DNA from: Dehalococcoidia bacterium
GTDB taxonomy: Bacteria; Chloroflexota; Dehalococcoidia; Lucifugimonadales; UBA3495
NCBI GenBank assembly: GCA_034423215.1
Contig: DAOUIY010000009.1
Location: 228,572-292,571 of the forward strand
Length of the DNA stretch: 64,000 nt
Reading direction: 5' to 3'
The notes below the pieces were generated by a model that did no database searches, was not told the DNA's origin, and saw nothing but the letters and a program-made list of their open reading frames with translations. Below, piece after piece: positions 56,072 through 64,000 of the stretch. Position numbers and translations under genes: made by a program. Position 1 is the first letter of the stretch, and the number at the start of each line of letters is the position of its first letter.

Positions 56072-56111
56072 AATAATTGCATCAGCCCATCATCCCTACG
56101 TCAATTAACCT

Positions 56112-56717
56112 CTAGCCCTGCTGCTGCTCGGCCAGCATTTCCTCGGCTATTTCGGTGAGTTTTTCCAGGTTCAGCACCCCGTCCCACTTCTTGTAGAGGA
56201 GTCCGTCGGCGGTGACGAAAATGGTCGTGGGCAGGCCCAGGACCCGGTGGCTCTCCACCACCTGGGCGTCATCGGTAAAGCCGGCGGCGTAGGTTACTCC
56301 TAGCTCGGCCAGCAGCTTTCGAGCATCATCCCTGGAGCCCAGGCCGAGGAATTGGCCCAGGTCAACTCCTATCAGGGTCACCCGGCCTTCGAAATCGTCG
56401 CGAAACTCCTGGAACTCGGGCATCTCCGCACGGCAGGGCGGACACAAGCCGGCCCAATAGTTAAGGACAACCGGCTTGCCCTGCAAATCCGACAGCGCGA
56501 TTTCCTCCGACCCCAATTCACCCTGTCCCTGGTAGAGGCTGATGCGAAAATCCGCAACGGTGTCCCTGGCAACCTCTTCCGCCCCTTCCTGCTGCCCGGT
56601 GCAGGCGCCGGCGATGCCCAGCAGCAGCGCCGTCACGGCGAGGCATGCCCAGGCCCAGACGCTAAGCCATCGCCGATTTCTCATTTGGTGCGCGTTAGCC
56701 TTCCCGTTTCGACTCAT
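56112..56717 (-). CDS. TlpA/ResA-like thiol:disulfide oxidoreductase (thioredoxin fold), membrane-anchored or lipoprotein
   Basis: WAGLCPPCRAEMPEF active site (CxxC). N-terminal hydrophobic segment ending LGIAGAC. ATG at 56717 follows AGGGAG. Other starts are possible (56747, 56684). Confidence 0.8.
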   Translation of the reverse strand: MSRNGKANAHQMRNRRWLSVWAWACLAVTALLLGIAGACTGQQEGAEEVARDTVADFRISLYQGQGELGSEEIALSDLQGKPVVLNYWAGLCPPCRAEMPEFQEFRDDFEGRVTLIGVDLGQFLGLGSRDDARKLLAELGVTYAAGFTDDAQVVESHRVLGLPTTIFVTADGLLYKKWDGVLNLEKLTEIAEEMLAEQQQG

Positions 56718-56969
56718 CCTGGCTCCCTTGCTGGAAATCCCGACCATACCTGACGGGGCATGTGCCCAATCTCTTCTACCTGGAAACTACGCTGCGATTG
56801 CGGCCCCGGTTCTTGTCACCCGGCGTCCTGAAAGGGAAGAAACAGGTTTAGAAATTCAGCACGCCGGCCGCCAACCGGACTTGCTGCCGCGCTGCCGTCT
56901 ATTCAGTTGATTCAGCTGTACAAAGGGCTGGCCCGGCTCGCGGCCAGCCAGACCTCTATTGTCAGACCT

Positions 56970-59900
56970 CTACTGCACCGGCCCCTGGCCGTTGACCAGG
57001 GACTTGAGCCTCTCCTGGAAGACAGTTAACCGCTCCATGGTCTGGGTCAGGCGGCGCAGCCACCGGTCGCCCAGGGCGCGCTCGCTCAGCCTAATCTGCC
57101 GGTTCCCTACCGTCGCGCTGGAGCCGAGCGCCCGCTGCAGGGGCACCTTGGCGCTCCCCACGTCCTGGACCAGGGAAAGGGTGACGCCGCCGGAAGACCT
57201 CAGCACCGATTCAACGCCGGCAGCCATGGCAAGAGACCGGAGTTCCAGCAGGGTCAACAGGTTTTCCACCTGCTCCGGGGGCGGGCCAAAGCGGTCCCTC
57301 ATTTCCTCCCTGAAGGCCGGCGCCTCCTCGCGCTTGCGGGCCCTGGCCAGCCGCTGGTAGAGCGCCAGGCGGGTGGGAGTGTGCGGGATGTAACTTTCGG
57401 GAATATTTGCGGCAACGGGCAACTCGATGCGGGGCAGTTCAACGGGGCTGCCCGGCGACAGCGATTCGGCGTCCGGGTCTCTCCCCTCTCTCAACTCAGT
57501 TACAGCTTCCTCCAGCAATTGACCGTAAAGTTCCAGCCCTACGGCGTGAATCTGGCCGCTCTGGGCGGCGCCCAGCAAGTTGCCGGCTCCCCGGATTTCC
57601 AAATCGCGCATGGCTATCCGAAAACCTGAGCCGAGGTCGGATGCTTCCAGAATCGCCTGTATTCTCTTCTCAGCCGCCTCGGTTACCCTTTGGCCCCTGG
57701 GCAGCAGCAGGTAGGCATAGGCCCGGTGTTCCCCTCTACCCACCCGGCCCCGGAGCTGATAGAGCTGGGAAAGGCCAAACCGGTCCGACCGGTCAACGAT
57801 GAGGGTGTTTACATTGGGCATATCCAGGCCGGACTCAATGATGGTGGTGCAGACGAGAACGTCGGCCTCCCGGTCTGAAAAGGCCTCCATGACCTCTTCC
57901 AGTTCGGTCTCGGCCATCTGGCCGTGGCCAATCATGAACCGGGCCTCGGGCACCAGTTCGGCCAGTTCGGCCGCCGTTTGCTGAATGGTGCGCACCCGGT
58001 TGTGCAGGAAGAATACCTGGCCGCCCCGCTCAATTTCCCTAAGTATGGCTTCCCGGATGGTCTCATCGTTGTATTCGGAAACGAAGGTCTTGACCGGCAG
58101 CCTGGCCTCGGGAGGCGTGTTCATCACACTCATGTCCCTGATGCCGGTCAGGGCCATGTGCAGCGTCCGGGGAATGGGCGTGGCGCTCAGGGTCAGGACA
58201 TCCACCTGGCTGCGCAGCCGCTTCAGTGTTTCCTTGTGCCCCACGCCGAAACGCTGCTCTTCGTCAACCACAACCAGGCCCAGGTTCTTGAACTTCACGT
58301 CCTTCTGGAGCAGCCGGTGGGTGCCAATGACAATGTCCACGGAGCCTTCCTGCAGCCCCTCGATGACGTCCTGCTGCTCCCGGGGCGTCCTGAACCGGCT
58401 CAGCACCTCCACCTGCAGGGGGTAGGGACTCAGCCGTTCGCTGAAGGTGGCGTAGTGCTGCTGGGCCAGCACGGTGGTGGGCACCAGCAGCCCCACCTGC
58501 ATTCCGTCGGAAACCGTCTTGAAGGCAGCCCGGAGAGCCACTTCCGTCTTGCCGTAACCCACGTCGCCGCAGATGAGCCGGTCCATAGGCTTGGACTGTT
58601 CCATGTCCGTCTTGACTTCTTCAATGGCGCGCACCTGGTCCGGCGTCTCCTGGTAGGGGAAGGAGTCCTCCAGTTCCCGCTGCCAGACAGTATCGCCGCC
58701 GAACTCGTGGCCCTCGGCCGCCTGCCTGGCGGCGTAGAGTTTCAACAACTCTTCGGCCATTTCCCGGGTCGCCCCCTTGACCCGCTCCTTGATCCTCGCC
58801 CACTCGGCCGTACCCAGCCGGGTCAGGGTTGGCGGCTGGTCCTGGGCGCCCACGTAGGCCCCCACCCGGTCCAGGTGCTCGGTGGGGACGTAGAGCCTGT
58901 CGTTTTCCGCATACTCCAGAACCAGGAATTCCTTCTCTTCCCCGTTGTCGTCCATCTGGGTGGTGCCGGCGAACCGGGCTACGCCATGGTCCACGTGGAC
59001 GACGTAACTCCCGGGCGCCAGTTCGGAAAGAACGATGTCCTCGCCCAACTGCTCTCGGGTGCGCACGGGCCGGTAGCGGCGTTCCTTGACGGTGCCGAAC
59101 AACTCGGAATCGGTAAGCAGGACCATGGGCGGGTGGTTCGCGCTGCCGTCGGTATCCCAGCCTTCGGTCAGCAAACCGGGAAGCAGGTGGACCTGCCCCG
59201 GCAGGGGCGTCTCTTCCAGCGATTGGGACAAGGCTGCGCCGATTCCGGCTTCGTTCAGCACCTCGTGCAGCCGGCGGGCATGCTGAGAAACGGCAACAAC
59301 CACCTTGCCCTGGGACAACTCGCGGCCAACCTCTTCGGTAAACCTCTCCAACTGGCCAAAGTAGGACGCCGGCTGGCGAACCCGGTCGTCGGCTGCTTCA
59401 CCCAGCCAGCTTTCCATCCGGGCCTGGTAGGGATGTTCCTCCAGGCGCGCGGACAACTGCTGCCATGACAGGTACGGGGACGGGAAATTGGACGGCAAGT
59501 CGCCCCTGGTTTCCCGGCTCTCCCGCATACGAAAGAACTTTTCCTCCAGGTCCTGGGCCTCTGTGGCTATTTGGTCCTTTCGGTCCAGGAGCAGCACGCC
59601 CTCGCTGGGCATGAAATCCATAAGGCTATGGCGGTTCAGCAGGCCGTTGTAGAAGGACAGTGTTTCAACATTTGGAGCAGCCGTGAGTTCCGCCAACTCT
59701 TCCTCAAAGCGTTCCCGGGTCCACTCGGTGCAATGGGAGAAGTCCAGGGCAGCCCTGCGCTTCTCAATTTCGCCCGGGTCGGCCAGTTCGGGCAATTGCT
59801 CCCGGGCTGGAATGACGTTCACCGTCTGAACGGCGCCGGCCCGGCTGTCAGCGGGAATGGACCTCTGGGTGTAGGGGTCGAACAGCCTTATGGTGTCAAT

Positions 59901-60539
59901 CTCGTCGTCCCACAACTCCATGCGGTAGGGAAATTCCGATTGGGGCGGGAAGACGTCTATGATGCCCCCTCTCAGGCTAAAACATCCCGGGCTTTCCACC
60001 ACGGGCTCGTGGCGATACCCCAGCTTTACCCAGGCAGCAAGCAGTTCTTCAGTGCTTCTTATCCTTTGCCCCGGCGCCAGCCGGAAACGCCCCCCTTCTT
60101 CGAAGGTATCTTCAAAAGCCGCCGGCGAAAGGGTGAATCGCAGGGCCGCAGCCACGGAGGCAACCACCAGCGGGGGGGCTGACGTACCGGGTTCGCAGGC
60201 GGCCAGGGCGGCCAGGGCTACCAGCCGCTGGTTAACGGTGCGGGAGTCCACCGCCAGCCGTTCAAAGGGAAGCACCTCCGGTTCGGGCAGGAGAAATGCC
60301 GGGGCAGACTCGCCGCAGTAGGTAATCAACTGGTCATGCAAGCTTCTGGAGTCGTCGGCCCTGGGAGTTACAACCAGAACCGGCCTCCCGGATTTTTGCC
60401 ATAGGGAGGCCACGTACAGGGGTCTTACGCCCCGCCGGGCGGCGAAAGACGGGACGTGGTCCGGCGACTTGGTGCCGGACTCGCCGTTCCACAGGGGCAG
60501 GTCACCGGAAATCAGCGGTATCAGGCCGGAAAGGGACAT
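56970..60539 (-). CDS. mfd: Transcription-repair coupling factor
   Basis: UvrB-homology N-terminal region, CarD/TRCF RNAP-interacting domain (YVVHVDHGVARF), SF2 helicase motifs (ICGDVGYGKTEVALRAAF, VVDEEQRFGV, TATPIPRT, TTIIESGLDMPNVNT, QLRGRVGR) and a TRCF C-terminal domain. Preferred start is MSLSGLIPL at 60539; the ORF stays open to 60662. Confidence 0.92.
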   Translation of the reverse strand: MSLSGLIPLISGDLPLWNGESGTKSPDHVPSFAARRGVRPLYVASLWQKSGRPVLVVTPRADDSRSLHDQLITYCGESAPAFLLPEPEVLPFERLAVDSRTVNQRLVALAALAACEPGTSAPPLVVASVAAALRFTLSPAAFEDTFEEGGRFRLAPGQRIRSTEELLAAWVKLGYRHEPVVESPGCFSLRGGIIDVFPPQSEFPYRMELWDDEIDTIRLFDPYTQRSIPADSRAGAVQTVNVIPAREQLPELADPGEIEKRRAALDFSHCTEWTRERFEEELAELTAAPNVETLSFYNGLLNRHSLMDFMPSEGVLLLDRKDQIATEAQDLEEKFFRMRESRETRGDLPSNFPSPYLSWQQLSARLEEHPYQARMESWLGEAADDRVRQPASYFGQLERFTEEVGRELSQGKVVVAVSQHARRLHEVLNEAGIGAALSQSLEETPLPGQVHLLPGLLTEGWDTDGSANHPPMVLLTDSELFGTVKERRYRPVRTREQLGEDIVLSELAPGSYVVHVDHGVARFAGTTQMDDNGEEKEFLVLEYAENDRLYVPTEHLDRVGAYVGAQDQPPTLTRLGTAEWARIKERVKGATREMAEELLKLYAARQAAEGHEFGGDTVWQRELEDSFPYQETPDQVRAIEEVKTDMEQSKPMDRLICGDVGYGKTEVALRAAFKTVSDGMQVGLLVPTTVLAQQHYATFSERLSPYPLQVEVLSRFRTPREQQDVIEGLQEGSVDIVIGTHRLLQKDVKFKNLGLVVVDEEQRFGVGHKETLKRLRSQVDVLTLSATPIPRTLHMALTGIRDMSVMNTPPEARLPVKTFVSEYNDETIREAILREIERGGQVFFLHNRVRTIQQTAAELAELVPEARFMIGHGQMAETELEEVMEAFSDREADVLVCTTIIESGLDMPNVNTLIVDRSDRFGLSQLYQLRGRVGRGEHRAYAYLLLPRGQRVTEAAEKRIQAILEASDLGSGFRIAMRDLEIRGAGNLLGAAQSGQIHAVGLELYGQLLEEAVTELREGRDPDAESLSPGSPVELPRIELPVAANIPESYIPHTPTRLALYQRLARARKREEAPAFREEMRDRFGPPPEQVENLLTLLELRSLAMAAGVESVLRSSGGVTLSLVQDVGSAKVPLQRALGSSATVGNRQIRLSERALGDRWLRRLTQTMERLTVFQERLKSLVNGQGPVQ

Positions 60540-60993
60540 TTCGAGGCAGATTCTCCAAGCATTGATTTTACGAATTTCACTTGAACGATGTTGCCAACCG
60601 GCGAGCCAATCCGCCGGACAACAGCTAAAAGGGCTAACGGCCTCCGTTAGCCCCGAAGCCACTCTATTTTAGGGGGAGTGCCGCTCACAAACAACCCGTC
60701 GCCCCGGCTTGTCCGGAAGATTTCACTATAGAGAACGGTCGTCCTGAGTCCTTCGGCAAGCTCCGGGTTACATGACCTTAGGCTTGGCGGTACGTCTCCT
60801 AACTTAAGAAGCGATTGCCCTGCACGATTAAGACCGATGCAGGGTAATGCGCCCGCCTCTGCTATAATTGGCTTTGCGCGGGAAACAGACCCGACCGAGG
60901 GCGGACTTCTGACTCACAGTGTACGAATTGGCCGTTCTCATCCGGGATTTCGTGACTTCTCCCCGATCTGAGTTGAACGAAGCGCCCTATTCC

Positions 60994-62163
60994 ATGAGCG
61001 AGCCAAACTACAGCGGACAGTTCAACCCTCCGGCGTACCATCGCATAGTGGTCAAAGTTGGTACGGGAGTTCTGACCGAGACCAGAAATGACGGCGGCCT
61101 GAACCTTCCGGTCATGGAGGACCTGGTCCGGCAAATCAGCTTGCTCAAGCAGCGCTACTCCACGGAGATAGTGCTGGTTACATCAGGGGCGATTGCGGCG
61201 GGCAGGGAGGAACTCAGGCAGTCGGGACTCAGCCTGACCGAAAGGGACATTCCTTCGCGGCAAGCCCTGGCCGCCATTGGGCAGGGCGGGCTTATCCACA
61301 CCTATCACCGGATGTTTGAGGCTTACGGCGTCCACGTGGCCCAGGCCTTGTTAACCATTAACGACCTTGCCGACCGGCAGCCCTACCTGAATGTCCGAAA
61401 TACGCTGACCGCCCTGCTGGAAATCGGAGTGGTGCCGATACTCAACGAAAACGACGTGGTGGCGGTGGACGAAATAGGGGCGGTCTTCGGCGACAATGAC
61501 CGGTTGTCGGCCCTGGTCACCAACCTGGTGGATGCCGAACTGCTCATTATTCTCACCGACACCGAGGGTTTGTACACGGCTGACCCCTTCCGCAATCCCG
61601 ACGCCACACTGATTTCGGTGGTGGAACAGATAGACGACCGGATTCAGGCCGCCGTGGGTCAGCACCGCAACCCCTGGGCGCGGGGGGGAATGCCCACAAA
61701 AATAGACGCCGCCCGCCTGGTAACCACGGCGGGCATAGCCATGATAATGTGCAGCGGCCGGGCGGAGAACGCAATACTGAGGGCGGCTGCCGGCGACAGC
61801 ATCGGTACCCTGTTCCGGCCCACGGGCGAGAAACTGGAGGCCCGAAAGCGGTGGATGCTGAACCGGGTCATGGATTCGCAGTGGGGCGAGATTGAGGTGG
61901 ATGGCGGCGCCGCGGATGCCCTCTTGAACCGGCACGTCAGCCTCCTGCCCGCCGGCGTAAGGGGCGTGCGGGGCGACTTCCACCGCGGCGACATCGTATA
62001 TATCGTGGACGAGCCGGGTCGCCAGATAGCCTGCGGGATCGCCAATTACGCCGCCACCGACATTGCCAGGATTAGAGGGTTTCGTTCGGACGGAATAGCC
62101 GCCATTCTCGGCTATCATTTCGGGCAGGAAGTGGTCCACCGAAACAACCTGGTACTCATTTAG
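60994..62163 (+). CDS. proB: Glutamate 5-kinase with PUA domain
   Basis: RIVVKVGTGVLT, VTSGAIAAG, NENDVVAVDEI..GDNDRLSA, and a C-terminal PUA (GDIVYIVDEPGRQIACGIANY). Start MSEPNY at 60994 is tentative; the ORF stays open from 60919. Confidence 0.9.
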   Translation: MSEPNYSGQFNPPAYHRIVVKVGTGVLTETRNDGGLNLPVMEDLVRQISLLKQRYSTEIVLVTSGAIAAGREELRQSGLSLTERDIPSRQALAAIGQGGLIHTYHRMFEAYGVHVAQALLTINDLADRQPYLNVRNTLTALLEIGVVPILNENDVVAVDEIGAVFGDNDRLSALVTNLVDAELLIILTDTEGLYTADPFRNPDATLISVVEQIDDRIQAAVGQHRNPWARGGMPTKIDAARLVTTAGIAMIMCSGRAENAILRAAAGDSIGTLFRPTGEKLEARKRWMLNRVMDSQWGEIEVDGGAADALLNRHVSLLPAGVRGVRGDFHRGDIVYIVDEPGRQIACGIANYAATDIARIRGFRSDGIAAILGYHFGQEVVHRNNLVLI

Positions 62164-62320
62164 GCGACTCCGGGAAATTCCGGCGCAGCAGGGCAATTCG
62201 TTCTGGCGGGTTCTTCGGGCAGCGAAATGAAGCGGCGGTTTCCGCTGGCAGGGCCGGATATTTCCCAGGCCGAGACAAGACCTACCATTCTCACGGGACA
62301 CAACGCGCGGAGTAGCATTT

Positions 62321-63601
62321 ATGGCAATCGTTAATGACCGAGACTCGCTTCTGGAACTGGGAAAGACGGCGCAGAAGGCGGCCCGTGAGTTGTCGCGCCT
62401 TCCCCCCGAGCCCAAGAACATGGCGCTGCTGAATGTGGCGGCTTTGCTGGAAACTGAACAGGAAGCCATCCTGGAAGCCAACCGGGAAGACTACTCCGGC
62501 GCAGAATCCGGTGGCATGAATGCCGCAATGCTGGACCGCCTGCTCCTGACCTCTGAGCGATTAAACGGCATGGCGCAGGACGTCCGGACCATTGCCGGCT
62601 TGCCGGACCCGGTGGGCGAGGTCATTGAGTCGGGCACGTTGACCAACGGCCTGGAGGTGGAGCGGCGCCGGGTGCCCCTGGGGGTGATAGGCAGCATCTA
62701 CGAAAGCAGGCCCAACGTCACCATTGATATTGCTGCGTTGACCCTGAAGTCGGGCAACGCTTGCGTCCTCAGGGGCGGCAGGGAGAGCCTGCACTCCAAC
62801 CTGGCCCTGGTGGACTTGCTGCGTCGCGCCGTTGGAGAGACGGGGATTAACCCGGACGTAATCCAGTACATTGACAATACCGACCGGGACCTGGTTGATG
62901 CCATGCTCCAGATGAAAGACTACATCAACCTGGTGGTGCCCCGCGGCGGGCCCGGGCTCATCAATTTCGTCGCGGAGAATGCCGCCATGCCCGTCGTGGC
63001 CGGCGGCGTGGGTGTATGCCACGCCTATATTGACCGGACGGCGGATTTTGAAAAGGCGGCCAGCATCATACTGAATGCCAAGGTCCAGCGGCCCACCGTT
63101 TGCAACGCCCTGGATACGGTGCTGCTCCACGCCGAAACCGCCCCCGGACTTCTCCCGGTCATCGCGCGGGAACTGAACGAGGCGGGGGTGGAGTTGCACT
63201 GCGACCACCGGGCCCTGAGCATCCTGGGGCCAGAGGCCGGGCTGAACACCCAGCCGGCCACCGAGGAAGACTGGGGCAAGGAGTATTTGTCGCTGACCGC
63301 GGCCATCAAGGTTGTTGATTCCCTGGACGAGGCCCTGGAGCACATCGAGACCTACGGCTCCGGCCACACCGAGGCCATCATTACCGGGGACGCCGCGGCC
63401 TCCGAGCGCTTTCAACGGGACGTGGACGCCGCCGCCGTCATCGTGAACGCCAGCACCCGCTTCACCGACGGTGGACAGCTGGGATTAGGAGCGGAAGTAG
63501 GCATCAGCACCCAGAAGTTCCACGCCCGCGGGCCCCTGGGCTTGAAGGAACTGACATCTTACAAGTGGGTAATTATCGGCGACGGGCAAATCAGGGAATA
63601 G
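62321..63601 (+). CDS. proA: Glutamate-5-semialdehyde dehydrogenase (gamma-glutamyl phosphate reductase)
   Basis: VIGSIYESRPNVTIDIAAL, CNALDTVLLH (catalytic Cys), HTEAIIT, VNASTRFTDGGQLGLGAEVGISTQKFHARGPLGL. Confidence 0.92.
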   Translation: MAIVNDRDSLLELGKTAQKAARELSRLPPEPKNMALLNVAALLETEQEAILEANREDYSGAESGGMNAAMLDRLLLTSERLNGMAQDVRTIAGLPDPVGEVIESGTLTNGLEVERRRVPLGVIGSIYESRPNVTIDIAALTLKSGNACVLRGGRESLHSNLALVDLLRRAVGETGINPDVIQYIDNTDRDLVDAMLQMKDYINLVVPRGGPGLINFVAENAAMPVVAGGVGVCHAYIDRTADFEKAASIILNAKVQRPTVCNALDTVLLHAETAPGLLPVIARELNEAGVELHCDHRALSILGPEAGLNTQPATEEDWGKEYLSLTAAIKVVDSLDEALEHIETYGSGHTEAIITGDAAASERFQRDVDAAAVIVNASTRFTDGGQLGLGAEVGISTQKFHARGPLGLKELTSYKWVIIGDGQIRE

Positions 63602-63637
63602 AAGGCCAGGTCGCAAGTAGAGAAAGCCCGCTGAGAG

Positions 63638-63704
63638 TCCGCTCGTGGTGAGCCTGTCGAACCATGAACGGCCGGTCTTTCCACAAGCTCAGGATGTGCG
63701 GAGA
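63638..63704. repeat. Interspersed palindromic repeat family A copy
   Basis: GTCCGCTCGTGGTGAGCCTGTCGAACCATGAACGGCCGGTCTTTCCACAAGCTCAGGATGTGCGGA. Confidence 0.75.
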
Positions 63705-63724
63705 GTTTTTTCATCGGTTCAAGA

Positions 63725-63765
63725 AAAGAGTTGGGCAGGCATGGAGCCTGCCCAGCTTTTCTTTT
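63725..63765. terminator. Bidirectional rho-independent terminator
   Basis: AAAAGAG-TTGGGCAGGC-atgga-GCCTGCCCAG-CTTTTCTTTT, between convergent proA and the transketolase-like gene. Confidence 0.85.
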
Positions 63766-63793
63766 CAAGTAACTAGCGGAAAATGCCTGGCGT

Positions 63794-64000
63794 CTAAGCC
63801 TTGCGACTGACCGCCTTCAACGCGGCGTCCCGGACCTTCTCGGGGGTCAGCCCGCACTTGACCATCAATTCTTCGGCTTTCGCGGACTCGCTGTAACCCT
63901 GGAGCGCTACCATTTCCACCGGAACCGGAAGATGTTGCCCCACCACCTGGGCGACAATGCTGCCCAGCCCACCGTGGAAGTAATGCTCTTCCGCAGATAC
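63794..64000 (-). CDS. Transketolase-family protein, C-terminal fragment (5' part outside window)
   Basis: My own minus-strand translation gives ...VSAEEHYFHGGLGSIVAQVVGQHLPVPVEMVALQGYSESAKAEELMVKCGLTPEKVRDAALKAVSRKA*. EEH..GGLGS.VA is typical of transketolase / DXS / E1-beta C-terminal domains. Confidence 0.6.
   Translation of the reverse strand, partial: VSAEEHYFHGGLGSIVAQVVGQHLPVPVEMVALQGYSESAKAEELMVKCGLTPEKVRDAALKAVSRKA

Overview
GC-rich bacterial chromosomal window. Gene content and interspersed repeats suggest a Chloroflexota/SAR202-like marine heterotroph, but that is a low-confidence inference with no rRNA marker to support it. I annotate about 50 protein genes, one tRNA-Pro(CGG), several clear rho-independent terminators and three families of short interspersed repeats that fill almost every intergenic gap over 100 bp. 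Layout: (1) 1-8.2 kb: higBA toxin-antitoxin at the window edge, then housekeeping genes (metG, polyprenyl synthase, lipA, gmk, tyrA). (2) 8.6-12.6 kb: proVWX-type glycine-betaine ABC transporter. (3) 12.7-41.7 kb: paralog-rich catabolic region with an RraA-like aldolase, CMD, NHL and DUF1800 proteins, two family-III CoA-transferases, a double-hotdog MaoC hydratase, two ThDP enzymes, LigB-type and gentisate-type ring-cleavage dioxygenases, two amidohydrolases, RidA, an M24 protein, a GMC oxidoreductase, an LLM monooxygenase, HpaB, MBL and NIPSNAP. No classical transcription factor gene is visible in this region. (4) 41.8-55.4 kb is the most interesting part. It holds a carboxynorspermidine-decarboxylase homolog translationally coupled to a DUF3326-like protein, a small-TM/PspA/PspAA operon, a divergent DUF4178-DUF350 pair, and a minus-strand operon encoding a transglutaminase-fold protein, a divergent SecA paralog (1101 aa), a lipoprotein with a Ser/Arg/Gly-rich tail and an acidic 363-aa protein. 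That operon lies directly downstream of tRNA-Pro. (5) 56-64 kb: tlpA-like, mfd, proB, proA and a transketolase-family fragment. Other notable items are an in-frame TGA splitting a cytoplasmic NMT1/THI5-like gene, a perfectly symmetric 3+3 array of 10-bp-phased heptamers between two genes, a ~210-bp MITE-like element with terminal inverted repeats, and a 37-bp tandem repeat. All functional calls rest on motif recognition by eye from the supplied translations. No searches were run. Repeat coordinates are approximate (+/- ~5 bp) and start codons were chosen by RBS inspection. The many long ORFs antisense to recognisable genes are treated as GC-driven shadow ORFs.
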